A stretch of DNA of 64,000 nucleotides from Desulfonema magnum (lineage in GTDB: Bacteria; Desulfobacterota; Desulfobacteria; Desulfobacterales; 4be13). The notes under the pieces are model-generated. The model had not been told where the DNA came from. It made no database searches and was given only the letters and a program-made list of their open reading frames with translations. Below are positions 1 through 11,580 of this stretch, one piece after another (within the stretch, counting starts at the first letter, position 1; each line of letters starts with the position of its first letter). The translations under genes were made by a program, and so were the position numbers. The DNA lies in the NCBI RefSeq assembly GCF_017377395.1, contig NZ_CP061800.1:3429633-3493632 (forward strand), written 5' to 3'.

Positions 1-1400
1 GCTTTAAGAGAAAGTTGGAGCGCCACTATCATTTGCACTTTTTCATTGTGGATCACCGGCTGTGCAATAAAAGCGACAGGTTCGCCATTGCTTGGTTCAT
101 AAGGTTCAAAATCAGCCATACCGAATTGTTTGCTCTCCAATACCTGCATGACCAGTTTGCCAAGCCCGGATTCGGCATATTTGCCGCTGATTATGTTCGT
201 GCCGTAATCTTTTTCTTTCGTCACTGTATAAAAAACCCTTCCCCGGGGATGAATCAGAAAAAGATCATAGTAGTCGTACATTTTGATATATTTGGCAAAA
301 AAATCATCCGCTTCTCCCTCCTCCTTCGGCGCAATTGCCTCTTCCATGGTTATGGTGCTGATAATGGCCCAGTCAAGACCCGGGATGTTCAGGGGAGCAT
401 AGCTGGACACCTCCATCTCTCCGGTGCTTCCCTGTTTGACCATTTGCCCGGAGGTGCCGGAAAGTGCTTTATCAATATCAGGCCCGGATTTTTTTTCTCC
501 GATTTTGCCTTTCTTAACCACTCTGTCGCTACGCAAACTGACAATGCCGTGTTTTCTGCCTACGAGATAAGTCTCGCCCGTGTTTCCCATGCCCTGACGC
601 CTTTGGACGATGGTGTTGATGGAATCCGTGGGTATCTGTAGTACGACTATGCCCAAAAGTTTGCCTGAACCATCATTAATAGGGGCACCGATAAAGGCTG
701 TCTGCTGACCTTTGCTGGGTGTGTATGGTGCAAAGTCCTCGATAACCATGTTCTTTGTCCTGACCACCTTATGCCAAAGCCGGGCCAGGCCTTCGTCTTT
801 GTGGGGGCCGTAAGCCAGATTCGTGCCGAGATCATTCTCTTTGGCAACCGTAAACATCACATGCCCGTGGGATGCACAAATGAGGAAAATATCATAATAT
901 CCGTAGGTTTTAACATAGTCAGTCAGATATTTGCCATATTTGTCATAAATCTTTTTGTATTCATCGGTCGAGACATCGTAAGGCCCCTTACGAGTGAATT
1001 TCATCTCATCATGATATTTTTTGATATGCCTGTACATATTCAGAACATCATCACTTTTCGCAAGGGCAAGGATGTCCTTTTGCACTCTTGCAAAAAGTGC
1101 TTTAATCTGGGCTTTTTTGAGTTCCTGCGCGGTTTCAAGCTTATCAAAAGCAGCTTTTCTGAATGACTCCGCGGTTTCCACCAGAACACTCATGTCTCCC
1201 CTGCGTTCGGCGAAAAATTTTTCAATCTGGGTCTTTTTGATATCACGCACAGACTCGAGCTGTCCATATGATCTCGCCATGAGCGCTTCGGCGGCCAGTC
1301 TGCTACCCTGCCATTCCACAATAATAATGGGAAGAATGCCCACGACCAAAAACAGACCAATAAGTTTCCATTTCATTTTAATATCTTTAAACCTGATCAT
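1..1400 (-). CDS. methyl-accepting chemotaxis protein with double-Cache sensor, N-terminal part (C-terminus beyond window edge)
   Basis: Minus frame is open from the window edge to ATG at 1400 (MIRFKDIKMKWKLIGLFLVVGILP...), with GGAGG 8 nt upstream. It is colinear and clearly homologous to the N-terminal sensor region of the 12627-15521 MCP. Plus-strand ORFs 15-641, 771-1166 and 1021-1422 are antisense shadows of it. Confidence 0.8.
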   Translation of the reverse strand, partial: MIRFKDIKMKWKLIGLFLVVGILPIIIVEWQGSRLAAEALMARSYGQLESVRDIKKTQIEKFFAERRGDMSVLVETAESFRKAAFDKLETAQELKKAQIKALFARVQKDILALAKSDDVLNMYRHIKKYHDEMKFTRKGPYDVSTDEYKKIYDKYGKYLTDYVKTYGYYDIFLICASHGHVMFTVAKENDLGTNLAYGPHKDEGLARLWHKVVRTKNMVIEDFAPYTPSKGQQTAFIGAPINDGSGKLLGIVVLQIPTDSINTIVQRRQGMGNTGETYLVGRKHGIVSLRSDRVVKKGKIGEKKSGPDIDKALSGTSGQMVKQGSTGEMEVSSYAPLNIPGLDWAIISTITMEEAIAPKEEGEADDFFAKYIKMYDYYDLFLIHPRGRVFYTVTKEKDYGTNIISGKYAESGLGKLVMQVLESKQFGMADFEPYEPSNGEPVAFIAQPVIHNEKVQMIVALQLSLK

Positions 1401-1420
1401 CTTGTTACCTCCTTTTTTCT

Positions 1421-1560
1421 GATTATAACGGATTTGGGGGAGGGCTGACCAAGCCCTGTAAGGGCTTCATATTTATAGCAGTATTCATCATGCCAGGCCG
1501 GCAAAGCCCCGTGGGGGCGGCATATTTACAGCATGATTTACTACAAAAATCCCCCGGCCC
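1421..1560. repeat. solo end of MITE-like element (CTGATTATAACGGATTTGGGGGAGGGC) plus GCCAAGCCCCGTGGGGGCGGCATATTT motif pair
   Basis: Same 27-bp terminus as the elements at 4481, 4651, 49346 and 59914. Its internal motif is the unit of the 51-bp arrays at 35.4 and 38.3 kb. Confidence 0.5.
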
Positions 1561-1589
1561 CCTTCAAAGGGCAATGCTGTTGACTCAGG

Positions 1590-3870
1590 CAGTTCCGAAC
1601 GGATCCGGAGTGCAAAAATTATATTTTTGCGGCTGCGGAAAAGCATTTTTCGCACTCCGGAGAAAATCCCGGAAAACCGGCTTAGGCCTAAGGGGTCCGG
1701 AGTGCAAAAATTATATTTTTGCGGCTGCGGAAAAGCATTTTTCGCACTCCGGAGAAAATCCCGGAAAACCGGCTTAGGCCTAAGGGGTCCGGAGTGCAAA
1801 AATTATATTTTTGCGGCTGCGGAAAAGCATTTTTCGCACTCCGGAGAAAATCCCGGAAAACCGGCTTAGGCCTAAGGGTCCGGAGTGCAAAAATTATATT
1901 TTTGCGGCTGCGAAAAAGCCTTTTTCGCACTCCGGAGAAAATCCCGGAAAACCGGCTTAGGCCTAAGGGGTCCGGAGTGCAAAAATTATATTTTTGCGGC
2001 TGCGGAAAAGCATTTTTCGCACTCCGGAGAAAATCCCGGAAAACCGGCTTAGGCCTAAGGGTCCGGAGTGCAAAAATTATATTTTTGCGGCTGCGGAAAA
2101 GCATTTTTCGCACTCCGGAGAAAATCCCGGAAAATTGGCTTAGGCCTAAGGGGTCCGGAGTGCAAAAATTGGTGGTGTTCTAAAACTGGACTTGTTCCGA
2201 TATTTGCCAAATTGATTCAGAGGGTTAAAAAATTCAGCTCCACTTTTAGAACATTACCCAAAAATTATATTTTTGCGGCTGCGAAAAAGCATTTTTCGCA
2301 CTCCGGAGAAAATCCCGGAAAATTGGCTTAGGCCTAAGGGGTCCGGAGTGCAAAAATTATATTTTTGCGGCTGCGAAAAAGCATTTTTCGCACTCCGGAG
2401 AAAATCCCGGAAAATTGGCTTAGGCCTAAGGGGGCCGGAGTGCAAAAATTATATTTTTGCGGCTGCGAAAAAGCATTTTTCGCACTCCGGAGAAAATCCC
2501 GGAAAATTGGCTTAGGCCTAAGGGGTCCGGAGTGCAAAAATTATATTTTTGCGGCTGCGAAAAAGCATTTTTCGCACTCCGGAGAAAATCCCGGAAAACC
2601 GGCTTAGGCCTAAGGGGGCCGGAGTGCAAAAATTATATTTTTGCGGCTGCGGAAAAGCATTTTTCGCACTCCGGAGAAAATCCCGGAAAACCGGCTTAGG
2701 CCTAAGGGGTCCGGAGTGCAAAAATTATATTTTTGCGGCTGCGGAAAAGCATTTTTCGCACTCCGGAGAAAATCCCGGAAAACCGGCTTAGGCCTAAGGG
2801 TCCGGAGTGCAAAAATTATATTTTTGCGGCTGCGGAAAAGCATTTTTCGCACTCCGGAGAAAATCCCGGAAAACCGGCTTAGGCCTAAGGGGTCCGGAGT
2901 GCAAAAATTATATTTTTGCGGCTGCGGAAAAGCATTTTTCGCACTCCGGAGAAAATCCCGGAAAACCGGCTTAGGCCTAAGGGTCCGGAGTGCAAAAATT
3001 ATATTTTTGCGGCTGCGGAAAAGCATTTTTCGCACTCCGGAGAAAATCCCGGAAAACCGGCTTAGGCCTAAGGGGTCCGGAGTGCAAAAATTATATTTTT
3101 GCGGCTGCGGAAAAGCATTTTTCGCACTCCGGAGAAAATCCCGGAAAACCGGCTTAGGCCTAAGGGGTCCGGAGTGCAAAAATTATATTTTTGCGGCTGC
3201 GGAAAAGCATTTTTCGCACTCCGGAGAAAATCCCGGAAAACCGGCTTAGGCCTAAGGGGTCCGGAGTGCAAAAATTATATTTTTGCGGCTGCGGAAAAGC
3301 ATTTTTCGCACTCCGGAGAAAATCCCGGAAAACCGGCTTAGGCCTAAGGGGTCCGGAGTGCAAAAATTATATTTTTGCGGCTGCGGAAAAGCATTTTTCG
3401 CACTCCGGAGAAAATCCCGGAAAACCGGCTTAGGCCTAAGGGGTCCGGAGTGCAAAAATTATATTTTTGCGGCTGCGGAAAAGCATTTTTCGCACTCCGG
3501 AGAAAATCCCGGAAAACCGGCTTAGGCCTAAGGGGTCCGGAGTGCAAAAATTATATTTTTGCGGCTGCGGAAAAGCATTTTTCGCACTCCGGAGAAAATC
3601 CCGGAAAATCGGCTTAGGCCTAAGGGGTCCGGAGTGCAAAAATTATATTTTTGCGGCTGCGGAAAAGCATTTTTCGCACTCCGGAGAAAATCCCGGAAAA
3701 CCGGCTTAGGCCTAAGGGGTCCGGAGTGCAAAAATTATATTTTTGCGGCTGCGGAAAAGCATTTTTCGCACTCCGGAGAAAATCCCGGAAAACCGGCTTA
3801 GGTTTAAGGGGGCCGGAGTGCAAAAATTATATTTTTGCGGCTGCGGAAAAGCATTTTTCGCACTCCGGAT
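1590..3870. repeat. tandem array A: ~25 copies of a 92-bp (some 91-bp) unit carrying a 14-bp-stem hairpin (CCGGAGTGCAAAAAT...ATTTTTCGCACTCCGG)
   Basis: Unit spacing measured directly (CCGGAG at 1605 and 1697). Subfamily variants (GCGAAAAAGC/AAATTGG at 2270-2560) give a higher-order pattern. An ~89-bp unrelated insert with its own 14-bp inverted termini sits at 2171-2259. Degenerate hairpin copies continue to ~4000. Confidence 0.95.
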
Positions 3871-4057
3871 GATTACCTCACATGCGAAAATAAAATTTTC
3901 GCACTCCGGATAAAAATAGTGAAAAAAATCTTTTTTCCAGATGCTTAAAAAAGAACGGAATTTTTGCGCACTACCTCGATATGCAAAAATCCCGATTTGC
4001 TTTGTTTTTCCGTGGTATTGAAAAATCTCATCAGAATGATGCCTTTTTCAGCGTCGT

Positions 4058-4429
4058 TTAAGGCTGTTTGAGGACTTCCTGAATCGCATTCAACAGTTCT
4101 TTTCGATCTATAGGCTTTGTGAATGTGAACGCGGCTCCGAATTTTTTGGCGATGTTCAGATATGTTTCCGCACCGATTCTGCCGCCGCCGGATATCGCAA
4201 TAATTTTCATTTTCGGAGATATCTGTTTTAGTTCAATGATCGTCTCAATGCCTTCCTTTTCAGGCATGATAATATCTGTGATGACCAGGTCCGCGGGACT
4301 GTTATTGCTGACTTTGATCCCCTCTTTCCCGTCAGGAGCTTCAAGCACTTCGTATCCCTCACGCTCCAGCATTGTCTTAAGCATAGAACGAACCAGTTCA
4401 TCATCTTCAATAATAAGAATACGTGCCAT
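4058..4429 (-). CDS. single-domain response regulator (CheY-like receiver)
   Basis: 123 aa, MARILIIEDDE...DLVITDIIMP...KIIAISG; AGGAGG RBS 9 nt upstream of the ATG. Confidence 0.9.
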   Translation of the reverse strand: MARILIIEDDELVRSMLKTMLEREGYEVLEAPDGKEGIKVSNNSPADLVITDIIMPEKEGIETIIELKQISPKMKIIAISGGGRIGAETYLNIAKKFGAAFTFTKPIDRKELLNAIQEVLKQP

Positions 4430-4480
4430 AATTATACTTCCTCCTATTTTTATATCGTAATCTGCTAAGTTAAAAAAATT

Positions 4481-4642
4481 CTGATTATAACGGATTCGGG
4501 GGAGGCCCGCGAATATGACATCGGATTTAAGGATTTACCGGATATTCCGGGCCGGGACATCCGTCTCATCCTCCTGTCCGCTGTCATATTGTCCGATACC
4601 GCGGAAAAAAAACCGGGCATCCTCAAAATCCTTTATAATCAG
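4481..4642. mobile_element. MITE-like non-autonomous element, ~162 bp, 27-bp terminal inverted repeats
   Basis: CTGATTATAACGGATTCGGGGGAGGCC ... (G)CCTC(C)AAAATCCTTTATAATCAG; no coding capacity. An identical copy follows immediately. Confidence 0.7.
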
Positions 4643-4650
4643 CAGGTTTT

Positions 4651-4812
4651 CTGATTATAACGGATTCGGGGGAGGCCCGCGAATATGACATCGGATTTAA
4701 GGATTTACCGGATATTCCGGGCCGGGACATCCGTCTCATCCTCCTGTCCGCTGTCATATTGCCCGATACCGCGGAAAAAACCCCGGGCCTCCCCAAAATC
4801 CGTTACAATCAG
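4651..4812. mobile_element. MITE-like element, second tandem copy
   Basis: Near-identical to 4481-4642. TIRs CTGATTATAACGGATTCGGGGGAGGCC / GGCCTCCCCAAAATCCGTTACAATCAG. Confidence 0.7.
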
Positions 4813-4924
4813 AAAAAATTTAATCGCAGCCCAAGTAGGAAATCTCTGCTGTCAAATCAGAAAAGTATCTGTTCGAGGTTTCGGAAGGACTGGTGAAAAC
4901 AGGGATTGAAAACAGCCCGGGAAC

Positions 4925-7147
4925 TCATCCCCGGGGAATATTTTCCTCAGTGTTTTCCTGTTTCAATGTTCGAAGAATAATTTTTGCAAGATCACGTGGC
5001 TCAACGGGCTTTCTCACATATTCCCGGATGCCCATGGCCCTGATTTTTTCCTCCCTGATAATTTCTCCGGCTCCGCTGGAAAGAATAATCGGAATACCCG
5101 GGCGAATATCAAGCAGTTTTTTTGCCAATTCAACGCCGGTCATACCTGGCATCTTCATATCTGCAATTACAAGATCGAATTTGTCCGGATTCGTCCGGAA
5201 GCGTTTCAGGGCTTCAATGCTGTCTGAAAACGTTGTGACATTGAAACCAAAGCGGGCCAAGTTCCTTCTTACTGTATCTCCAAGCATCACTTCGTCATCA
5301 ACAAACAGAATGTTTCCTCCGGTATTCGGAAAAGATGACGGATCATTTTTTGACCGGGATATACTGACTTTCTGATCTGTAACAGGGAGAAAAACATCAA
5401 ACCGTGTTCCCTTGCCAGGTTTGCTTTCAACGATGATCACCCCGTTGTGATCCTTAACAATTCCGTGAACAGTGGAAAGCCCCATGCCTGTGCCTTCTCC
5501 CACAGGTTTTGTTGTGAAGAAAGGATCAAAAATCCGATCCGCTGTTACCTTGTCTATTCCATGGCCCGTGTCTTTCACTGTGAGCCTTGCGTATCTTCCT
5601 TCTCTCAAATCCGGATGTTCTGCGGCAAACTCAGGGCTGACCGCAACCTCTTTCAGGCAAACCTCCAGTATCCCTCCCTGATTACGCATTGAATAGTAGG
5701 CATTGGTACATAAATTTATGATCACCTGATGAATTTGAGTGACATCCGCCAGGACTGGTCCGCAGTCTTTGTCAATGGTGTGCCGAATATCTATGTTCGT
5801 CAGCATGGTTTTTTTTAAAAGTTTCAAAGATTCATTGATAATCGGATGAATCAGGACAGGAATGCGGTCTGTTTCAGTCTGCCTGCTGAAAGTAAGTATC
5901 TGACTGATAAGATCAGATGCCCGCTTTGCAGCGATGAGAATTTGGGATATATCATTATATGCCACACTGTCTTTGGGAATATTATCCATTGCCAAATCAG
6001 CATACCCGAGTATGCCATAAAGAATGTTGTTGAAATCATGGGCAATGCCGCCTGCCAGGGTTCCGAGGGACTCCATTTTTTGTGAATGCCGGACCTGGGC
6101 TTGCAGTTTGTCCCGTTCATCTTCCGACTGTTTACGCCGGATGGCAAGCGAATAGAGGTCTGCCAGTTTTTCAAGCAGTTCAATATCTCTCCGGGTATAG
6201 TTCTGATCCGAATTCGCGACAGAAATTTGTCCGACCAGCTTTTCACCGAGCATCGCAGGTACAGATAAAAAATTACGGATCGGCAAATGGTCTTCAGGGG
6301 TTCCGCAGTAACTGGGGTCGTCTGCCGGGGCATTTGTCAGCAGAGGTTTTTTGTTCTTCAAAACCCATCCCCAAAGTCCTGTAAATTTTTTAAATATAAA
6401 ATTTTTATCCGGAATGCGGCAGGATTTCCAAGTCTCCCGGGTGAGTGTGGGAGTAATAAGACAAGCTGTCTCCGGTTCGATATAACCGGCAAAACCAGTC
6501 ACACTCGTTGTAAAATGTTTTGCTTTCTCCAGCACCAAATAAGAAATCTCTGCAATGGATTCGGAAGAAATAACGGTTTTGGCCAGCTCGGTCAAAGCCG
6601 CGTTAACATCCGCCTCCCGCAACAATGCTTTCTCAGCCTGCTGGCGTTTTTTGTTTTCCAACTGAAGTTGTTTATTTGTTTTTAAGAGTTCAGAGGTGCG
6701 TTGGGCAACCAATTCTTCAAGGTGGTCATGATGCTTCCTTAATTCCGTAAGAATGACCTTGTTTTCCATACGCAATCTTCTTTTTTCCAATGCCTGACGG
6801 ATGACGTTAAAAAGAACTTCGATATCCTCCAAGGGTTTCTTCAGAAAATTAAATGCCCGGTTATCTTTTAATGTTTCAATGGCATTATCAACAGTGGCAA
6901 AGGCTGTCAGAACAATAATTTCAACATCTTCATCCGTTTTTTTAAGCTGTTTGATCAGCTCTGTTCCCTCCATTTCCGGCATTTTGAGATCAGTGATCAC
7001 CAGATCAAAGGGTTCGGATCGAAAGACATCAATGGCTTTTTTTCCGTCTGATGCGCTGGTGATCCTGAAGCCCTCATCAGACAAAACAAACTCGAGAAAT
7101 TTCAGGGTATCCGGTTCATCATCTACGATAAGTATCTTCTCATTCAT
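4925..7147 (-). CDS. hybrid sensor histidine kinase/response regulator (REC - coiled coil - GAF-like - HisKA/HATPase - REC)
   Basis: 740 aa. N-terminal receiver (ILIVDDEPD...DLVITDLKMP), H-box HDFNNILYGILGYADLA, G-box GTGMGLSTVHGIV and C-terminal receiver (ILFVDDE...DLVIADMKMPGMTG). AAGAGG RBS. Confidence 0.9.
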   Translation of the reverse strand: MNEKILIVDDEPDTLKFLEFVLSDEGFRITSASDGKKAIDVFRSEPFDLVITDLKMPEMEGTELIKQLKKTDEDVEIIVLTAFATVDNAIETLKDNRAFNFLKKPLEDIEVLFNVIRQALEKRRLRMENKVILTELRKHHDHLEELVAQRTSELLKTNKQLQLENKKRQQAEKALLREADVNAALTELAKTVISSESIAEISYLVLEKAKHFTTSVTGFAGYIEPETACLITPTLTRETWKSCRIPDKNFIFKKFTGLWGWVLKNKKPLLTNAPADDPSYCGTPEDHLPIRNFLSVPAMLGEKLVGQISVANSDQNYTRRDIELLEKLADLYSLAIRRKQSEDERDKLQAQVRHSQKMESLGTLAGGIAHDFNNILYGILGYADLAMDNIPKDSVAYNDISQILIAAKRASDLISQILTFSRQTETDRIPVLIHPIINESLKLLKKTMLTNIDIRHTIDKDCGPVLADVTQIHQVIINLCTNAYYSMRNQGGILEVCLKEVAVSPEFAAEHPDLREGRYARLTVKDTGHGIDKVTADRIFDPFFTTKPVGEGTGMGLSTVHGIVKDHNGVIIVESKPGKGTRFDVFLPVTDQKVSISRSKNDPSSFPNTGGNILFVDDEVMLGDTVRRNLARFGFNVTTFSDSIEALKRFRTNPDKFDLVIADMKMPGMTGVELAKKLLDIRPGIPIILSSGAGEIIREEKIRAMGIREYVRKPVEPRDLAKIILRTLKQENTEENIPRG

Positions 7148-7215
7148 GGTTTGCCTCTTTTTATTTTACAACACTCTCCATATCCCCAAACTTACAGCTT
7201 GGCAGAATAGAATTC

Positions 7216-9171
7216 CTAATATCTCTCAAAGCTGTCATCATACTCATCATTATTATCCGGTTCAAAGGAATACTCTGTCATCCGGTCATCAGCATTTTTC
7301 AATTTTGTGTTATCTTTTTTTGAATTACTTTTATTTTCAGTAGGTTCAGATTCTGCTATTTCTGCAACCTTATCTTCATGATATGTTATTTTTCGGACAT
7401 TGTCGGTAATTTTGAGAAACTTGATCATCCGCCAGAGCTGTCCGGCCTGAGTGGACAATACTCCCGCGGTTGAGGCCATCTCTTCTGCGGCTGACGCGTT
7501 CTGCTGGATCACCTGATCCAGCTGCTGAATTGCCTTGTTAATCTGCTCTGTGCCTTTGTCCTGCTCATTACATGCAGCGCTGATTTCCTGAACCAGTTCC
7601 GCTGTTTTTTGAATATCCGGTACGATTTTAACCAGCATCTCACCGGCGTTTTCAGCAATTTCAACGCTGGAAACCGAGAGATTATTGATCTCTGCGGCAG
7701 CTTTCTGACTTCGCTCCGCCAGGTGCCGAATTTCCGAAGCCACAACTGCGAATCCTCTGCCGTGATTCCCGGCTCGTGCCGCTTCAATCGCTGCATTCAG
7801 GGCCAAAAGATCTGTCTGGCGGGCAATATCTTCGACAATAGAAATCTTCTCTGCAATCTCCTTCATGGCGACCACGGTTCGGGCGACGGAGTCCCCGCCT
7901 TTTCTGGCATTCTCGGCTGATTTCAATGCAATTTTTTCTGTCTGCGACGCATTCTCCGCATTCAGGCTGATGTTGGAACTCATCTGCTCCATAGACGCGG
8001 AGACTTCTTCTGCCGAAGCCGCCTGTTCCGCAGCCCCCTGGGACATCTCCTCGGAGCTGGAATTCATCTCCCCTGCTATTGATGTGACCCGACCTGCCGA
8101 GTCTCGCAGATTTATGGCAAATCTTGTCAGATTTTCTATCAGGACATTCAGATTATTTTTGATCTCGTTAAAATCGCCTTTATAAATTTCAGTGATCTTT
8201 TCCGGAAGGTCGCCCTTGGAAATTCGGTCAATATTTTTTGCTGCCATATGCATCGGGGCCGCGGACGCTTCGATCAGGTTGTTTACCCCGAAAATCATAT
8301 CACGCCAGCCTCCGGAAAATCGTTCTGCCAGACCCCGGCTATCCAGTTTGCCCTCCTGAATATTCTGCGTGAGTTTGCTCATTTCCTGTAACACATTGGT
8401 GATATTGTCTTTCATATTACGGAAAACATCCGCCAAATTGCCGATTTCATCTTTCTGCCGGATTCCGATATCCGCACCAAGATCACCATCTGCGATACGG
8501 TCCGCCACATTTACAATTTTTTTCAAAGGCAAGATAATACTCCGAGTCAGTAAATACGCGAGAAGTATTGCTGTTAAAACCGTAAAAAATAAAGCCAGAA
8601 AGAGCAGTTTTATCCCTGTGTCATATTTGGCTTGTGCATCCTTTACAAACGTATTTGCCTTATTCTCTGAAAACGCTATAAGTTCACTGATCTCTTCAAG
8701 AAGTGAGTTCACATAGTCAGCCCCTTTGCCTCGGATAATCGCTATGGCCTTCTGCCTTTCACCTGAACGCATAAGGGAAATCGTATTTTCACGTATGTTT
8801 TTCCAGTTAGCAAAATTGTCCCGAGCTTCATGAACCTGTTTTTTATCTCCGAGAAAAGAGTCCGTAATAAGATCAAAATCTCCATATACGTCCTTTTCAT
8901 ATTGGGATACAGCTGCCATCTCAGCCTCTGCCGCTGTCTGATCTTCAGCCAGAGCAAGCCCTTTCATGGAACGGTGCATCTTGATAATACCGGACTCAAT
9001 TCTGAGTGCGGCAGTGCTGACAGCATAAGGGTGATCATAAAGTTTCGTGGTCAGTTCTGAGAGTATTTTCATTTGCCTCATGGCAAAGAGACTCATGCCA
9101 ATCAGAAACAGAATGATTATCCCAAACCCCCATCCCAGCCGTACTCCGGTTTTTACTTGTCCAAAACCCAT
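7216..9171 (-). CDS. methyl-accepting chemotaxis protein (4HB sensor, HAMP, MCP signalling domain)
   Basis: 651 aa. Two TM segments, HAMP region and the conserved signalling core ...[41 protein letters not shown]... Confidence 0.9.
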   Translation of the reverse strand: MGFGQVKTGVRLGWGFGIIILFLIGMSLFAMRQMKILSELTTKLYDHPYAVSTAALRIESGIIKMHRSMKGLALAEDQTAAEAEMAAVSQYEKDVYGDFDLITDSFLGDKKQVHEARDNFANWKNIRENTISLMRSGERQKAIAIIRGKGADYVNSLLEEISELIAFSENKANTFVKDAQAKYDTGIKLLFLALFFTVLTAILLAYLLTRSIILPLKKIVNVADRIADGDLGADIGIRQKDEIGNLADVFRNMKDNITNVLQEMSKLTQNIQEGKLDSRGLAERFSGGWRDMIFGVNNLIEASAAPMHMAAKNIDRISKGDLPEKITEIYKGDFNEIKNNLNVLIENLTRFAINLRDSAGRVTSIAGEMNSSSEEMSQGAAEQAASAEEVSASMEQMSSNISLNAENASQTEKIALKSAENARKGGDSVARTVVAMKEIAEKISIVEDIARQTDLLALNAAIEAARAGNHGRGFAVVASEIRHLAERSQKAAAEINNLSVSSVEIAENAGEMLVKIVPDIQKTAELVQEISAACNEQDKGTEQINKAIQQLDQVIQQNASAAEEMASTAGVLSTQAGQLWRMIKFLKITDNVRKITYHEDKVAEIAESEPTENKSNSKKDNTKLKNADDRMTEYSFEPDNNDEYDDSFERY

Positions 9172-9354
9172 GTTTTTTTTTCCTTTCGTTTTTAAAAAAG
9201 ACTTCCGAAGTTTCGGAAACTTCGGAAGTGATCGCCAATTGGCTTAAGTACCCGGACAAAAGTTTTCCGGTATTTTTATCCGAATCTCATTTAAGCTGGC
9301 TCATGCGGCTCTGCTGATAATTCTGCCCGAAAAAATATGTCCAGGTACTTAAAA

Positions 9355-11466
9355 TTAATATTTTTCAAATTCATCATCATCATCATAGCCGTCCTTTTCA
9401 TTGATATTAAAAAAAGATTTGAAGTTTCCGACAACTGATTTGATCTTTCCCTTTTCATTTTCTTCGAGCGGGCTATGATATTTAATTTCCGACGGGTGTT
9501 CGGAATCTTCAGTTCTGTTTTCCCGGGTCGTTATATTTTTATCTTCTGATTTCCTCTCTTTTTCCGAATGGCTCTCTGTTTTCGGAGTATTGCCATTTAA
9601 CCTGAAAAAAGTAATCACCCTCCGGAGCTGATCCGCCTGACTTGACAACTCCTCGGCTGTTGAGGCTGTTTCCTCAGATGCGGTGGCATTTTGCTGCACC
9701 ACCTGGTTCAGCTGCTGCACCGAGAGGTTGATCTGGGCCGCGCCTCTGTCCTGTTCATTGGTGGCCGCGCTGATTTCCTGAACCAGCTCCGCTGTTTTCT
9801 GAATATCCGGAACAAGTCTGGCGAGCATCTCCCCTGCCCTCTCCGCGACTTCCACGCTGGAAACCGACAATTTGTTAATTTTCCTCGCGGCTTTCTGGCT
9901 GCGTTCCGACAATTTTCGAACTTCCGAGGCCACCACAGCGAAACCTTGTCCGTATTCCCCGGCCCTTGCCGCCTCAATTGCCGCATTCAGCGCCAGCAGG
10001 TCTGTCTGGCGGGCAATATCCTCAATGATCAGAATTTGTTCAGCGATTTCCTTCATCGCTGTCACAGTTTTTGTCACTGCCTTTCCGCTTTCCTGTGCAT
10101 CCTCGGCAGATTTTAATGCGATTCTCTGGGTTTCCATTGCGTTGTCCGCATTTTGTCTGATATTGGCGGACATCTCTTCCATGGAAGAGGATACCTCTTC
10201 TGTGGAGCCGGCCTGCTGGGATGATGCCTGGGACATCTCCTCGGATGAAGAACTCAGCTGCTGGCTTCCGAGCGCTACATTGTCCGACGTTCGGCTCACC
10301 TCAGTCACAATTTCCTTCAGTTTTGAGACCATATTTTTCATTGCCGCGAGCAACTGGCCGGTCTCATCCCTGGTGCGGACCTGTATTTGAACCGTGAGGT
10401 CACCTTCGGATATCTTATTGCTCGTCCTGACTGCCTCACGCAGGGGCCGGGTCAGAAACCGTGTCATAAAAAAAGCCGCCCCGATACCCACAATAACCGC
10501 AATGATAATCCCGATGATAATAATCTTAAAAGCAGAGGAAAGTGAGGATACTGTCTGTTCAGCGATGGTCTCAGTTTCAGTCATTCCTTTTACGACAACA
10601 GCTTGGACGCTTTCCAGAACCCGGCCTGCAGCCGCACTTTGTTTTTTGTCAAGTTCCTGCAAAGCCAGCCAGTTGGTAAGAAGATCGTTCATAACGTTTT
10701 TATAAACACCAATCGCTTCATTAATCTTATGAATTCGCGTGATATTTTCATTCAGACGGGTGAAAGATAAAAGCTCCTGAAAATTTTTTTCCATAACATC
10801 GAAGTTTTTTTGCGCGTCCCGGATATGCTGAGGACTTCGGAGCGTCTGGGACTTGTAAGTGGCAACACGTGTCGCATTCCCAAGATCAATCACCTTATTA
10901 ACAAGTATGATCTTCTTCAGACGCTCGGAAAGCCTGGCCGGCTCAAATTCCGCGAACATTTCTGTTTCCAGGGTTTCATTCTGATGGCCCAGGAATGCAT
11001 CACAGCTTTCCATAAATCTCCCGGCCGAGTCGTTGAGCATCTCATAATTCTTCGCAATTTGTTCATTCCTTTCAACAGTTTCATTGGTAAATTTTTCATA
11101 TGCCAAAATCTCGGCTTCGATTTCCCTTATCGCATCTCTGAATTTTGTCAGCTGAGGGAGAGAGGCAGTCAGGTCTTTTGCTTCTGTGACATATTTTTTA
11201 ACCGCCTCAAGCTTCTTTTTTCCTTCCTCAAAATATTCTTTTTCCCCGGTTAATCCGTAACCCCGCATATTAAACATTGTTTGCAGCAGAAATCGTTCCA
11301 AATTACCGGCGATCTTAACCTGAGGAACATACTCCTCATCCAGCACACCTGACTGATCCTTCACATTGCTCATATTCCAAGCCGCTGTTATCCCAAGGAA
11401 AAGCATAATAACAATGAGCAGTCCGAATCCCAAACTGATTTTTGTTCCCAATCTGAAATTTTTCAT
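9355..11466 (-). CDS. methyl-accepting chemotaxis protein
   Basis: 703 aa. TM-sensor-TM-HAMP, MCP core ...[42 protein letters not shown]...; acidic C-terminal tail shared with the other MCPs (DDDDEFEKY). Confidence 0.9.
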   Translation of the reverse strand: MKNFRLGTKISLGFGLLIVIMLFLGITAAWNMSNVKDQSGVLDEEYVPQVKIAGNLERFLLQTMFNMRGYGLTGEKEYFEEGKKKLEAVKKYVTEAKDLTASLPQLTKFRDAIREIEAEILAYEKFTNETVERNEQIAKNYEMLNDSAGRFMESCDAFLGHQNETLETEMFAEFEPARLSERLKKIILVNKVIDLGNATRVATYKSQTLRSPQHIRDAQKNFDVMEKNFQELLSFTRLNENITRIHKINEAIGVYKNVMNDLLTNWLALQELDKKQSAAAGRVLESVQAVVVKGMTETETIAEQTVSSLSSAFKIIIIGIIIAVIVGIGAAFFMTRFLTRPLREAVRTSNKISEGDLTVQIQVRTRDETGQLLAAMKNMVSKLKEIVTEVSRTSDNVALGSQQLSSSSEEMSQASSQQAGSTEEVSSSMEEMSANIRQNADNAMETQRIALKSAEDAQESGKAVTKTVTAMKEIAEQILIIEDIARQTDLLALNAAIEAARAGEYGQGFAVVASEVRKLSERSQKAARKINKLSVSSVEVAERAGEMLARLVPDIQKTAELVQEISAATNEQDRGAAQINLSVQQLNQVVQQNATASEETASTAEELSSQADQLRRVITFFRLNGNTPKTESHSEKERKSEDKNITTRENRTEDSEHPSEIKYHSPLEENEKGKIKSVVGNFKSFFNINEKDGYDDDDEFEKY

Positions 11467-11470
11467 CCCG

Positions 11471-11580
11471 GCTTTCTCCTGTAAAAGTTAAGAATTGAAA
11501 ATTGAAAACCTTAATTCTCAACTTTCAATTTTGGATTACACAATTCATTATGATAATTTTTAATTTTCAATTTTCAATTC
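11471..11580. repeat. AT-rich octamer microsatellite (AATTGAAA / TTCAATTT / CTCAATTC units) in MCP intergenic region
   Basis: Visible runs aattgaaaattgaaaa ... ttttcaattttcaattctcaattc. The same unit family recurs at 43173-43200, 43400-43430 and 58220-58366. Confidence 0.7.

Noticed and set aside
15-1422. Plus-strand ORFs 15-641, 771-1166 and 1021-1422
   Set aside because: They are antisense to a well-supported minus-strand MCP gene whose product is homologous to the neighbouring dCache MCP.
1590-3870. CRISPR array (regularly spaced repeats)
   Set aside because: All units are the same 92-bp sequence head-to-tail. There are no unique spacers, and no cas genes or leader. It is a tandem satellite-like array.
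1488-3872. Dozens of 67-202 aa ORFs in the ORF track across array A
   Set aside because: They are periodic translations of the 92-bp repeat on both strands and are not independent genes.
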